DNA from: Nemertoderma westbladi
Taxonomy: Eukaryota; Animalia; Xenacoelomorpha
DNA: 52,053 nt
NCBI GenBank assembly: GCA_032718475.1
Contig: JAUCBJ010009001.1
Location: 1-52,053 of the forward strand
Direction of reading: 5' to 3'
Part shown: one piece after another, positions 1 to 15,924 of the stretch
Numbering within the stretch: position 1 is the first letter of the stretch
How the letters are laid out: each line of letters opens with the position of its first letter
Translations under genes and position numbers: made by a program
Notes under the pieces: generated by a model
What the model was told of the DNA's origin: nothing
The model's database searches: none
What the model saw: only the letters and a program-made list of their open reading frames with translations

Positions 1-3000
1 AATACAATAATGTTACAGAAACACAATAATGTTACATAAATACAATAATGTTACTTAAATACAATAATGTTACATAAATACAATAATGTTACATAAATAC
101 AATAATGTTACATAAATACAATAATGTTACATAAACACAATAATGTTACATAAATACAATAATGTTACATAAATACAATAATGTTACAGAAACACAATAA
201 TGTTACAGAAACACAATAATGTTACATAAATACAATAATGTTACATAAATACAATAATGTTACAGAAACACAATAATGTTACATAAATACAATAATGTTA
301 CAGAAACACAATAATGTTACATAAACACAATAATGTTACATAAATACAATAATGTTACAGAAACACAATAATGTTACAGAAACACAATAATGTTACATAA
401 ATACAATAATGTTACATAAACACAATAATGTTACATAAATACAATAATGTTACATAAATACAATAATGTTACATAAATACAATAATGTTACATAAATACA
501 ATAATGTTACATAAATACAATAATGTTACATAAATACAATAATGTTACATAAATACAATAATGTTACATAAATACAATAATGTTACATAAATACAATAAT
601 GTTACATAAATACAATAATGTTACATAAATACAATAATGTTACATAAATACAATAATGTTACATAAATACAATAATGTTACATAAATACAATAATGTTAC
701 ATAAATACAATAATGTTACATAAATACAATAATGTTACATAAATACAATAATGTTACATAAATACAATAATGTTACATAAATACAATAATGTTACATAAA
801 TACAATAATGTTACATAAATACAATAATGTTACATAAATACAATAATGTTACATAAATACAATAATGTTACATAAATACAATAATGTTACATAAATACAA
901 TAATGTTACATAAATACAATAATGTTACATAAACACAATAATGTTACATAAATACAATAATGTTACATAAATACAATAATGTTACATAAATACAATAATG
1001 TTACATAAATACAATAATGTTACATAAATACAATAATGTTACATAAATACAATAATGTTACATAAATACAATAATGTTACATAAACACAATAATGTTACA
1101 TAAATACAATAATGTTACATAAATACAATAATGTTACATAAATACAATAATGTTACATAAATACAATAATGTTACATAAATACAATAATGTTACATAAAT
1201 ACAATAATGTTACATAAATACAATAATGTTACATAAATACAATAATGTTACATAAATACAATAATGTTACATAAATACAATAATGTTACATAAATACAAT
1301 AATGTTACATAAATACAATAATGTTACATAAATACAATAATGTTACATAAATACAATAATGTTACATAAATACAATAATGTTACATAAACACAATAATGT
1401 TACATAAATACAATAATGTTACATAAATACAATAATGTTACATAAATACAATAATGTTACATAAACACAATAATGTTACATAAATACAATAATGTTACAT
1501 AAATACAATAATGTTACATAAATACAATAATGTTACATAAATACAATAATGTTACATAAATTTACATAATACAATAATGTTACATAAATACAATAATGTT
1601 ACATAAATACAATAATGTTACATAAATACAATAATGTTACATAAATACAATAATGTTACATAAATACAATAATGTTACATAAATACAATAATGTTACATA
1701 AATACAATAATGTTACATAAATACAATAATGTTACATAAATACAATAATGTTACATAAATACAATAATGTTACATAAATACAATAATGTTACATAAATAC
1801 AATAATGTTACATAAATACAATAATGTTACATAAATACAATAATGTTACATAAATACAATAATGTTACATAAATACAATAATGTTACATAAATACAATAA
1901 TGTTACATAAATACAATAATGTTACATAAATACAATAATGTTACATAAATACAATAATGTTACATAAATACAATAATGTTACATAAATACAATAATGTTA
2001 CATAAATACAATAATGTTACATAAATACAATAATGTTACATAAATACAATAATGTTACATAAATACAATAATGTTACATAAATACAATAATGTTACATAA
2101 ATACAATAATGTTACATAAATACAATAATGTTACATAAATACAATAATGTTACATAAATACAATAATGTTACATAAATACAATAATGTTACATAAATACA
2201 ATAATGTTACATAAATACAATAATGTTACATAAATACAATAATGTTACATAAATACAATAATGTTACATAAATACAATAATGTTACATAAATACAATAAT
2301 GTTACATAAATACAATAATGTTACATAAATACAATAATGTTACAGAAACACAATAATGTTACATAAATACAATAATGTTACAGAAACACAATAATGTTAC
2401 ATAAATACAATAATGTTACATAAATACAATAATGTTACAGAAACACAATAATGTTACATAAATACAATAATGTTACAGAAATACAATAATGTTACATAAA
2501 CACAATAATGTTACATAAATACAATAATGTTACATAAATACAATAATGTTACATAAATACAATAATGTTACATAAATACAATAATGTTACATAAATACAA
2601 TAATGTTACATAAATACAATAATGTTACATAAATACAATAATGTTACATAAATACAATAATGTTACATAAACACAATAATGTTACATAAATACAATAATG
2701 TTACATAAATACAATAATGTTACATAAATACAATAATGTTACATAAATACAATAATGTTACATAAACACAATAATGTTACATAAATACAATAATGTTACA
2801 TAAATACAATAATGTTACATAAATACAATAATGTTACATAAACACAATAATGTTACATAAATACAATAATGTTACATAAATACAATAATGTTACATAAAT
2901 ACAATAATGTTACATAAATACAATAATGTTACATAAATACAATAATGTTACATAAATACAATAATGTTACATAAACACAATAATGTTACATAAATACAAT

Positions 3001-6000
3001 AATGTTACAGAAACACAATAATGTTACATAAACACAATAATGTTACATAAACACAATAATGTTACATAAATACAATAATGTTACATAAATACAATAATGT
3101 TACATAAATACAATAATGTTACATAAATACAATAATGTTACAGAAACACAATAATGTTACATAAATACAATAATGTTACATAAACACAATAATGTTACAG
3201 AAACACAATAATGTTACATAAATACAATAATGTTACATAAATACAATAATGTTACATAAATACAATAATGTTACAGAAACACAATAATGTTACATAAATA
3301 CAATAATGTTACATAAATACAATAATGTTACATAAATACAATAATGTTACATAAATACAATAATGTTACAGAAACACAATAATGTTACATAAATACAATA
3401 ATGTTACAGAAACACAATAATGTTACAGAAACACAATAATGTTACATAAATACAATAATGTTACATAAATACAATAATGTTACATAAATACAATAATGTT
3501 ACATAAATACAATAATGTTACATAAATACAATAATGTTACATAAATACAATAATGTTACAGAAACACAATAATGTTACATAAATACAATAATGTTACATA
3601 AATACAATAATGTTACATAAATACAATAATGTTACAGAAACACAATAATGTTACAGAAACACAATAATGTTACATAAATACAATAATGTTACATAAATAC
3701 AATAATGTTACAGAAACACAATAATGTTACATAAATACAATAATGTTACATAAATACAATAATGTTACATAAACACAATAATGTTACATAAATACAATAA
3801 TGTTACAGAAACACAATAATGTTACATAAATACAATAATGTTACAGAAACACAATAATGTTACAGAAACACAATAATGTTACATAAATACAATAATGTTA
3901 CATAAATACAATAATGTTACATAAATACAATAATGTTACATAAATACAATAATGTTACATAAATACAATAATGTTACATAAATACAATAATGTTACATAA
4001 ACACAATAATGTTACATAAATACAATAATGTTACATAAATACAATAATGTTACATAAATACAATAATGTTACATAAATACAATAATGTTACATAAATACA
4101 ATAATGTTACATAAATACAATAATGTTACATAAATACAATAATGTTACATAAATACAATAATGTTACATAAATACAATAATGTTACATAAATACAATAAT
4201 GTTACATAAATACAATAATGTTACATAAATACAATAATGTTACAGAAACACAATAATGTTACATAAATACAATAATGTTACATAAATACAATAATGTTAC
4301 ATAAACACAATAATGTTACATAAATACAATAATGTTACAGAAACACAATAATGTTACATAAATACAATAATGTTACATAAATACAATAATGTTACATAAA
4401 TACAATAATGTTACATAAATACAATAATGTTACATAAATACAATAATGTTACATAAATACAATAATGTTACATAAATACAATAATGTTACAGAAACACAA
4501 TAATGTTACATAAATACAATAATGTTACATAAATACAATAATGTTACATAAATACAATAATGTTACATAAATACAATAATGTTACATAAATACAATAATG
4601 TTACAGAAACACAATAATGTTACATAAATACAATAATGTTACATAAATACAATAATGTTACATAAATACAATAATGTTACATAAATACAATAATGTTACA
4701 TAAATACAATAATGTTACATAAATACAATAATGTTACATAAATACAATAATGTTACATAAATACAATAATGTTACATAAATACAATAATGTTACATAAAT
4801 ACAATAATGTTACATAAATACAATAATGTTACAGAAACACAATAATGTTACATAAATACAATAATGTTACATAAATACAATAATGTTACATAAATACAAT
4901 AATGTTACATAAATACAATAATGTTACATAAATACAATAATGTTACATAAATACAATAATGTTACATAAATACAATAATGTTACATAAATACAATAATGT
5001 TACATAAATACAATAATGTTACATAAACACAATAATGTTACATAAATACAATAATGTTACATAAATACAATAATGTTACATAAATACAATAATGTTACAT
5101 AAATACAATAATGTTACATAAATACAATAATGTTACATAAATACAATAATGTTACATAAATACAATAATGTTACATAAATACAATAATGTTACATAAATA
5201 CAATAATGTTACATAAATACAATAATGTTACATAAATACAATAATGTTACATAAATACAATAATGTTACAGAAACACAATAATGTTACATAAATACAATA
5301 ATGTTACATAAATACAATAATGTTACAGAAACACAATAATGTTACATAAATACAATAATGTTACATAAACACAATAATGTTACATAAATACAATAATGTT
5401 ACATAAATACAATAATGTTACATAAATACAATAATGTTACATAAATACAATAATGTTACATAAATACAATAATGTTACATAAATACAATAATGTTACATA
5501 AATACAATAATGTTACAGAAACACAATAATGTTACATAAATACAATAATGTTACATAAATACAATAATGTTACATAAATACAATAATGTTACATAAATAC
5601 AATAATGTTACATAAATACAATGATGTTACAGAAACACAATAATGTTACATAAATACAATAATGTTACATAAATACAATAATGTTACATAAATACAATAA
5701 TGTTACATAAATACAATAATGTTACATAAATACAATAATGTTACATAAATACAATAATGTTACATAAATACAATAATGTTACATAAATACAATAATGTTA
5801 CATAAATACAATAATGTTACATAAATACAATAATGTTACATAAATACAATAATGTTACATAAATACAATAATGTTACATAAATACAATAATGTTACTTAA
5901 ATACAATAATGTTACATAAACACAATAATGTTACATAAATACAATAATGTTACATAAATACAATAATGTTACATAAATACAATAATGTTACATAAACACA

Positions 6001-9000
6001 ATAATGTTACATAAATACAATAATGTTACATAAACACAATAATGTTACATAAATACAATAATGTTACATAAATACAATAATGTTACATAAATACAATAAT
6101 GTTACATAAATACAATAATGTTACATAAATACAATAATGTTACATAAATACAATAATGTTACAGAAACACAATAATGTTACATAAATACAATAATGTTAC
6201 ATAAATACAATAATGTTACTTAAATACAATAATGTTACATAAATACAATAATGTTACATAAATACAATAATGTTACAGAAACACAATAATGTTACATAAA
6301 TACAATAATGTTACATAAATACAATAATGTTACATAAATACAATAATGTTACATAAATACAATAATGTTACATAAATACAATAATGTTACATAAATACAA
6401 TAATGTTACATAAATTCAATAATGTTACAGAAACACAATAATGTTACATAAATACAATAATGTTACATAAATACAATAATGTTACTTAAATACAATAATG
6501 TTACATAAATACAATAATGTTACATAAATACAATAATGTTACAGAAACACAATAATGTTACATAAATACAATAATGTTACATAAATACAATAATGTTACA
6601 TAAATACAATAATGTTACATAAATACAATAATGTTACATAAATACAATAATGTTACATAAATACAATAATGTTACATAAATACAATAATGTTACAGAAAC
6701 ACAATAATGTTACATAAATACAATAATGTTACATAAATACAATAATGTTACATAAATACAATAATGTTACATAAATACAATAATGTTACTTAAATACAAT
6801 AATGTTACATAAATACAATAATGTTACATAAATACAATAATGTTACATAAATACAATAATGTTACATAAATACAATAATGTTACATAAATACAATAATGT
6901 TACTTAAATACAATGTTACAGAAACACAATAATGTTACATAAATACAATAATGTTACATAAATACAATAATGTTACATAAATACAATAATGTTGCATAAA
7001 TACAATAATGTTACATAAATACAATAATGTTACATAAATACAATAATGTTACATAAATACAATAATGTTACATAAATACAATAATGTTACATAAACACAA
7101 TGTTACATAAATACAATAATGTTACATAAACACAATGTTACATAAATACAATAATGTTACATAAACACAATGTTACATAAATACAATAATGTTACATAAA
7201 TACAATAATGTTACATAAATACAATAATGTTGCATAAATACAATAATGTTACATAAATACAATAATGTTACATAAATACAATAATGTTACATAAATACAA
7301 TAATGTTACATAAACACAATGTTACATAAATACAATAATGTTACATAAACACAATGTTACATAAATACAATAATGTTACATAAACACAATGTTACATAAA
7401 TACAATAATGTTACATAAATACAATAATGTTACATAAATACAATAATGTTACATAAATACAATAATGTTACATAAATACAATAATGTTACATAAATACAA
7501 TAATGTTACATAAATACAATAATGTTACATAAATACAATGATGTTACATAAATACAATAATGTTACATAAATACAATAATGTTACATAAATACAATAATG
7601 TTACATAAATACAATAATGTTACATAAACACAATGTTACATAAATACAATAATGTTACATAAACACAATGTTACATAAATACAATAATGTTACATAAACA
7701 CAATGTTACATAAATACAATAATGTTACATAAACACAATGTTACATAAATACAATAATGTTACATAAATACAATAATGTTACATAAACACAATGTTACAT
7801 AAATACAATAATGTTACATAAACACAATGTTACATAAATACAATAATGTTACATAAACACAATGTTACATAAATACAATAATGTTACATAAACACAATGT
7901 TACATAAATACAATAATGTTACATAAATACAATAATGTTACATAAATACAATAATGTTACATAAATACAATAATGTTACATAAATACAATAATGTTACAT
8001 AAATACAATAATGTTACATAAACACAATGTTACATAAATACAATAATGTTACATAAACACAATGTTACATAAATTCAATAATGTTACATAAACACAATGT
8101 TACATAAATACAATAATGTTACATAAACACAATGTTACATAAATACAATAATGTTACATAAATACAATAATGTTACTTAAATACAATAATGTTACTTAAA
8201 TACAATAATGTTACATAAATACAATAATGTTACATAAATACAATAATGTTACATAAATACAATAATGTTACATAAATACAATAATGTTACTTAAATACAA
8301 TAATGTTACATAAATACAATAATGTTACATAAATACAATAATGTTACATAAATACAATAATGTTACATAAATACAATAATGTTGCATAAATACAATAATG
8401 TTACATAAATACAATAATGTTACATAAATACAATAATGTTACATAAATACAATAATGTTACATAAATACAATAATGTTACTTAAATACAATAATGTTACA
8501 TAAATACAATAATGTTGCATAAATACAATAATGTTACATAAATACAATAATGTTACATAAATACAATAATGTTACATAAATACAATAATGTTACATAAAT
8601 ACAATAATGTTACATAAATACAATAATGTTACTTAAATACAATAATGTTACATAAATACAATAATGTTACATAAATACAATAATGTTACATAAATACAAT
8701 AATGTTACATAAATACAATAATGTTACATAAATACAATAATGTTACATAAATACAATAATGTTACATAAATACAATAATGTTGCATAAATACAATAATGT
8801 TACATAAATACAATAATGTTACATAAATACAATAATGTTACATAAATACAATAATGTTACATAAATACAATAATGTTACATAAATACAATAATGTTACAT
8901 AAATACAATAATGTTACATAAATACAATAATGTTACATAAATACAATAATGTTACATAAATACAATAATGTTACATAAATACAATAATGTTACATAAATA

Positions 9001-9283
9001 CAATATTGTTACATAAATTCAATAATGTTACATAAACACAATGTTACATAAATACAATAATGTTACATAAACACAATGTTACATAAATACAATAATGTTA
9101 CATAAATACAATAATGTTACATAAATACAATAATGTTACATAAATACAATAATGTTACATAAATACAATAATGTTACATAAATACAATAATGTTACATAA
9201 ATACAATAATGTTACAGAAACACAATAATGTTACATAAATACAATAATGTTACATAAATACAATAATGTTACATAAATACAAT
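1..9283. repeat. 19-bp AT-rich tandem satellite (ACAATAATGTTACATAAAT)n, roughly 490 units, running off the left edge; intronic to ACBD3
   Basis: Directly visible 19-bp period. Variants: ...ACAGAAAC, ...ATAAAC, ...ACTTAAAT, GTTGCAT, and a 16-bp deletion unit. Confidence 0.99.
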
Positions 9284-9396
9284 GGCGTTTACGTTTACTT
9301 AAAATTGTCAAAAATTGCCTGATCGAAAAAATAGTTAAAATAGTTTCATATCGAGCAGATGAAATAAATACAATTTAGAACACAATTGGTTTACAG

Positions 9397-9545
9397 GGAA
9401 CACGATGAAATCAAAGAACATGCTGACCAGGTTGATAAGACCCCGTTGTTAATGGCGACCGCTTCCATGTGGACCAGACCACAGCTCGGCGAGTTTAAAA
9501 CAATGGTTAAATCCGACACAGAGAGTGTGCTTCGCATTGGTAGAG
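9397..9545 (+). CDS. ACBD3: ACBD3 internal exon encoding the start of the GOLD region (EHDEIKEHADQVDKTPLLMATASMWTRPQLGEFKTMVKSDTESVLRIGRG)
   Basis: SMWTRPQ..FK..V..D..SV..GRG matches the ACBD3 motif I recall ([30 protein letters not shown]). The donor AG|GTCAGT at 9545/9546 is phase 1 and matches the next exon. Acceptor TTACAG at 9391-9396; an alternative CAG ending at 9430 is possible. Confidence 0.88.
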
Positions 9546-9653
9546 GTCAGTCAGTATACTCGTATATGAGTTGATAATATTGTATGTAGTTGCTGAGTTT
9601 TGGCTCAAATTGATAAAGTTAAGTTACCGATGATCGTGATAGTTGAACATGAA

Positions 9654-12651
9654 GGCTCACTATAGAGTAGTCTGGTTGGGTGGAGGGTGGGCTCACTGTA
9701 GAGTAGTCTGGTTGGGTGGAGGGTGGGCTCACTATAGAGTAGTCTGGTTGGGTGGAGGGTGGGCTCACTGTAGAGTAGTCTGGTTGGGTGGAGGGTGGGC
9801 TCACTATAGTGTAGTCTGGTTAGGTGGAGGGTGGGCTCACTATAGAGTAGTCTGGTTGGGTGGAGGGTGGGCTCACTATAGAGTAGTCTGGTTGGGTGGA
9901 GGGTGGGCTCACTGTAGAGTAGTCTGATTGGGTGGAGGGTGGGCTCACTATAGAGTAGTCTGGTTGGGTGGAGGGTGGGCTCACTATAGAGTAGTCTGGT
10001 TGGGTGGAGGGTGGGCTCACTATAGTGTAGTCTGGTTAGGTGGAGGGTGGGCTCACTATAGAGTAGTCTGGTTGGGTGGAGGGTGGGCTCACTATAGAGT
10101 AGTCTGGTTGGGTGGAGGGTGGGCTCACTGTAGAGTAGTCTGATTGGGTGGAGGGTGGGCTCACTATAGAGTAGTCTGGTTGGGTGGAGGGTGGGCTCAC
10201 TGTAGAGTAGTCTGGTTGGGTGGAGGGTGGGCTCACTATAGTGTAGTCTGGTTAGGTGGAGGGTGGGCTCACTATAGAGTAGTCTGGTTGGGTGGAGGGT
10301 GGGCTCACTATAGAGTAGTCTGGTTGGGTGGAGGGTGGGCTCACTATAGTGTAGTCTGGTTAGGTGGAGGGTGGGCTCACTATAGAGTAGTCTGGTTGGG
10401 TGGAGGGTGGGCTCACTATAGAGTAGTCTGGTTGGATGGAGGGTGGGCTCACTGTAGAGTAGTCTGATTGGGTGGAGGGTGGGCTCACTATAGAGTAGTC
10501 TGGTTGGGTGGAGGGTGGGCTCACTATAGAGTAGTCTGGTTGGGTGGAGGGTGGGCTCACTATAGTGTAGTCTGGTTAGGTGGAGGGTGGGCTCACTATA
10601 GAGTAGTCTGGTTGGGTGGATGGTGGGCTCACTGTAGAGTAGTCTGGTTGGGTGGAGGGTGGGCTCACTATAGTGTAGTCTGGTTAGGTGGAGGGTGGGC
10701 TCACTATAGAGTAGTCTGGTTGGGTGGAGGGTGGGCTCACTATAGAGTAGTCTGGTTGGGTGGAGGGTGGGCTCACTGTAGAGTAGTCTGATTGGGTGGA
10801 GGGTGGGCTCACTATAGAGTAGTCTGGTTGGGTGGAGGGTGGGCTCACTATAGAGTAGTCTGGTTGGGTGGAGGGTGGGCTCACTATAGAGTAGTCTGGT
10901 TGGGTGGAGGGTGGGCTCACTATAGAGTAGTCTGGTTGGGTGGAGGGTGGGCACACTGTAGAATAGTCTGATTGGGTGGAGGGTGGGCTCACTATAGAGT
11001 AGTCTGATTGGGTGGAGGGTGGGCTCACTATAGAGTAGTCTGGTTGGGTGGAGGGTGGGCTCACTGTAGAATAGTCTGATTGGGTGGAGGGTGGGCTCAC
11101 TATAGAGTAGTCTGGTTGGGTGGAGGGTGGGCTCACTATAGAGTAGTCTGGTTGGGTGGAGGGTGGGCTCACTATAGAGTAGTCTGGTTGGGTGGAGGGT
11201 GGGCTCACTATAGTGTAGTCTGGTTAGGTGGAGGGTGGGCTCACTATAGAGTAGTCTGGTTGGGTGGAGGGTGGGCTCACTATAGAGTAGTCTGGTTGGG
11301 TGGAGGGTGGGCTCACTATAGAGTAGTCTGGTTGGGTGGAGGGTGGGCTCACTGTAGAGTAGTCTGATTGGGTGGAGGGTGGGCTCACTATAGAGTAGTC
11401 TGGTTGGGTGGAGGGTGGGCTCACTGTAGAGTAGTCTGGTTGGGTGGAGGGTGGGCTCACTATAGAGTAGTCTGGTTGGGTGGAGGGTGGGCTCACTATA
11501 GAGTAGTCTGGTTGGGTGGAGGGTGGGCTCACTGTAGAGTAGTCTGGTTGGGTGGAGGGTGGGCTCACTGTAGAGTAGTCTGGTTGGGTGGAGGGTGGGC
11601 TCACTATAGAGTAGTCTGGTTGGGTGGAGGGTGGGCTCACTGTAGAGTAGTCTGGTTGGGTGGAGGGTGGGCTCACTATAGAGTAGTCTGGTTGGGTGGA
11701 GGGTGGGCTCACTATAGAGTAGTCTGGTTGGGTGGAGGGTGGGCTCACTGTAGAGTAGTCTGGTTGGGTGGAGGGTGGGCTCACTATAGAGTAGTCTGGT
11801 TGGGTGGAGGGTGGGCTCACTATAGAGTAGTCTGGTTGGGTGGAGGGTGGGCTCACTATAGAGTAGTCTGGTTGGGTGGAGGGTGGGCTCACTATAGAGT
11901 AGTCTGGTTGGGTGGAGGGTGGGCTCACTATAGAGTAGTCTGGTTGGGTGGAGGGTGGGCTCACTGTAGAGTAGTCTGGTTGGGTGGAGGGTGGGCTCAC
12001 TATAGAGTAGTCTGGTTGGGTGGAGGGTGGGCTCACTATAGAGTAGTCTGGTTGGGTGGAGGGTGGGCTCACTGTAGAGTAGTCTGGTTGGGTGGAGGGT
12101 GGGCTCACTATAGAGTAGTCTGGTTGGGTGGAGGGTGGGCTCACTATAGAGTAGTCTGGTTGGGTGGAGGGTGGGCTCACTGTAGAGTAGTCTGGTTGGG
12201 TGGAGGGTGGGCTCACTATAGAGTAGTCTGATTGGGTGGAGGGTGGGCTCACTGTAGAGTAGTCTGGTTGGGTGGAGGGTGGGCTCACTACAGAGTAGTC
12301 TGGTTGGGTGGAGGGTGGGCTCACTGTAGAGTAGTCTGGTTGGGTGGAGGGCGGGCTCACTACAGAGTAGTCTGGTTGGGTGGAGGGTGGGCTCACTGTA
12401 GAGTAGTCTGGTTGGGTGGAGGGTGGGCTCACTACAGAGTAGTCTGGTTGGGTGGAGTGTGGGCTCACTGTAGAGTAGTCTGGTTGGGTGGAGGGCGGGC
12501 TCACTACAGAGTAGTCTGGTTGGGTGGAGGGTGGGCTCACTGTAGAGTAGTCTGGTTGGGTGGAGGGTGGGCTCACTGTAGAGTAGTCTGGTTGGGTGGA
12601 GGGTGGGCTCACTGTAGAGTAGTCTGGTTGGGTGGAGGGTGGGCTTACTAT
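9654..12651. repeat. 36-bp G-rich minisatellite (GGCTCACTATAGAGTAGTCTGGTTGGGTGGAGGGTG)n, ~83 units
   Basis: Directly visible period; source of the long repetitive ORFs. Confidence 0.99.
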
Positions 12652-15382
12652 TCATAAGTGATGTCGACAACCTAGATTTTTTAAAATTAGAAGGATACCA
12701 AGGACCGTTCACTGATAATCGGTCTATCGGTTGCAAACATCGCGGTGGTGTAGCCATTTTTGTAAAGGATGGAATTGAAGTACAGGACCGTGTTGACCTA
12801 AAGTTAACAGGTATTGAAAATATTTGGTTGCAGTTACATGTTCCAGGATCATGGCCAATGGTTGTTAGTTGTATCTATAGACCTGACACCGTCACTCTTG
12901 ACGATTTTCAAATGAAAATCGAAATGAGTTTAACTTTGGTAGGCAAGTCGAAAGTGCGCTGTATTATTACAGGGGATTTTAATGTGGACCTTTTAAAAAA
13001 TAAACCATTACAGAATAAGTATATTGATCTATTTAGCTCATGCGGTTTTGACCAATTAATCAAAGTTGCTACTCGTATATCACCCAATGGAACTAAAACA
13101 CTATTGGACCATATTTTTACAAATGTTACCGATAGAATTACTAATTCCGGAGTTTTTTCGTCTCAGATAGGCACAACAGACCATCTGTCTACATTTGTAA
13201 CCGTCGAAAATTTTTCCAATTATTTTGCGCCCCAAAACAGGTACACAGTCTTCGACTACACAAACTTTAATGAACAAATGTTTCTCCGTGATTTAAATAA
13301 TCACAACACTTGGTCTTATAAAAATCCAACCATTCCAAACAAAAAAAAGTTTGATCATTTCTACGAAAATTTTGAAGCCGTTTGCAACAAACATTTAAAA
13401 ACAAAAACTATTCCGAAACGAAAACAACCAAGGAAACCTTGGATGTCCCTAAATTTAATTAAATGTACCAAAAAAAAGTATAAAATGTATGCTGCTTATG
13501 CTGCTCATCCTAGTGATGCCAAATTTTCTGAGTACAAGAATTACCGAAATATCCTGAGTAAAGCACTACGTGATGCACAAAAACAATATTTTGAAAACCG
13601 TTTTTTTGAAAATAAAAACAATACTAAAAAAACATGGCATACTATCAACAGCATTTTAAAAAGGTCAAAGAAAACCAATGTACCAAAATCTCTTATTGAC
13701 AACGAAACCAAAATAAGTACCTCTGACTTGCCTAGTATAGTTAATAAATTTAATAGTTTTTTTACAACTATTGGTCCACAACTTGCGTCTTGTGTGCCTC
13801 CGTCCCGGCGGGACCCTGGTCGTCACATTTCTAACAAACACCATCAATCCTTTACTTTAGTTGAAACTTCAGTAGTGGAGGTTAAATATCACTTACTGCT
13901 GCTGGATGTAAATACATCTACAAATGACACATTTCCCACTAAAATTGTCAAATTAGCATCAGATTGTTTGTCAATTCATTTAGCTGACTTAATAAATTTG
14001 TCAATATGCAATGGTTTCTATCCAGACTGTCTGAAACTAGCACGGGTAACCCCCGTATTTAAAAATGGCAGTCCCACCAACTGCGGCAATTACAGACCGA
14101 TTTCTGTGTTACCCGTGTTTAATAAAATTTATGAAAATATTCTCGAGCAACAGTTACGGTGTTTCATTGAAAAATATTTGACTAAAAATCAATATGGATT
14201 CCGGAAAAAAATGAAAACAACTGATGCGCTCTTGTCGGTTACTGAAAAATTAAGGATTGCGCTAGATGACATTCAACCGTCTGCTGTTATTTTTCTTGAT
14301 TTGAAAAAATGTTTCGATACTCTTGACCATTCCATTTTATTAAAAAAATTAAACTTGTATGGAGTGCGCGGGATGCCTCACAATCTATTACGGATTACTT
14401 AATTAACAGACGCCAATGTGTATCGATACAAAATTGTAAATCTGACTGGCTTGGAATTTCTTGCGGAATTCCACAGGGATCTGTCCTGGGTCCTTTGTTA
14501 TTTTTGATATATGTCAATGACCTACCGTCGGCGTCAACATTTATAACGACCCTGTTTGCTGACGATACATCATTGATGTGCATCTCCAATCATATGCAAA
14601 ATCTAACGCAGACGGTTAATACTGAAATAGTCAAAGTATCAGATTGGCTTATTGACAATAAATTAACTATAAATGTTGATAAGACAGAATATACGATATT
14701 TTTTAACGGCAAAATTGATAATTCTAGTACCCCCAATATAAAACTTAAAAATTCAGTGTTAAAATCAACTCCAACATCCAAATATTTAGGACTCTTCATA
14801 GATAGAAATCTTAGCTGGAAGCCGCATTGTAATTACATACTAAAAAAAATCGCTAAGACAATGGGCATCTTTTATAAAATACGGCATTATGTACCTCTAC
14901 ATATTTTGCGCCTTCTTTATTTTTCATTAATTCATCCATTTATAAATTACGGGTTAATTGTATGGGGTAACGCGGCCCATTCAATAATTAATCCTATCCG
15001 CACTAAAATTAATAAATTACTGCGTGCAATCACGTTTAGTGATAGATTTTCCTCCTCTGTGCCTATTTACAAATCTTTGAATATTTTACCTATCCAAGCG
15101 CTCTACAAATATCAGGTTTTAATATTTATGTATAATGTTCTAAAAGGTCCAAGCGATTTAAAAAGGTTGTTTTCTAGAACTGACGCTGTCCATTCCCATA
15201 GAACACGGTCGGCTAGCCAAAAAAATTTCTATATTCCATCAACTCGTATTCTTGTATCTCAAAGATCACTAAAATATCAGGGTCCTTTTTTGTGGAATTT
15301 ATTACCTATTTCAATTAAAGAGTGTCAATCATTAAACATATTTTCTGCTAAACTAAAAAAATACTTAATTAATGAACTGTAA
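12652..15382 (+). pseudogene. LINE ORF2 (APE-RT), N-terminally truncated, single frameshift near 14391
   Basis: ORF 12639-14402 continues in a second frame as DYLINRRQCVSI...GIPQGSVLGP into ORF 14495-15382. Confidence 0.9.
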
Positions 15383-15924
15383 CTGCGGGGTCTATGTCTG
15401 GTGCTTTGGTCAGTTTTCATTGCGGTGTCGCTAACGGCTCGTATTAGTAACGTTGTTGTCTATTCCGTTATCCACTAATAATTTGGGTTTAGTTTATTTC
15501 TAAGTTTGCTACTTGTGTGTTACTTTTAATTCAAACGTCGTGCCTACATACAGATGGATCGTCACTTTTATGTATTCATATATTTCTACGTGCTTTAAAT
15601 TTAATTATATATAACGTATACGGTAGTAATTCTAATGAACACAATATGTACTGTATTAAAATCGCCAATAACCTTCTAAACGGCGCACAGGCACGTACTA
15701 GCTTTGCTATATTGCTGTGTTGCCCTTTTCACTATTACCTAGTTAAATTTTAATTTCGCATAAGTTTTAAAACTTAATGCTCCGGCACTTATTTCCAGGT
15801 AATTAACTGTTTGTAAAAATACGTAAATTTTGATTGAAATTTTTTTTTTGTTATGTATATTGTATGTACTTTATATATATATTAGTGAAATAAATAAATA
15901 AACTGAAACTGAAACTGAAACTGA
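12652..15924 (+). mobile_element. 5'-truncated CR1-group LINE (APE endonuclease + RT) with (AAACTG)n tail and 24-bp target-site duplication
   Basis: APE motifs GGVAIFV, ITGDFN, LLDHIF, TDH. RT motifs YRPISVL, QYGFR, FLDLKKCFD, GIPQGSVLGP, LFADDT, KYLG. Tail AATAAATAAATAAACTGAAACTGAAACTGAAACTGA. TTGGGTGGAGGGTGGGCTTACTAT occurs at 12628-12651 and 15925-15948. Confidence 0.93.
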
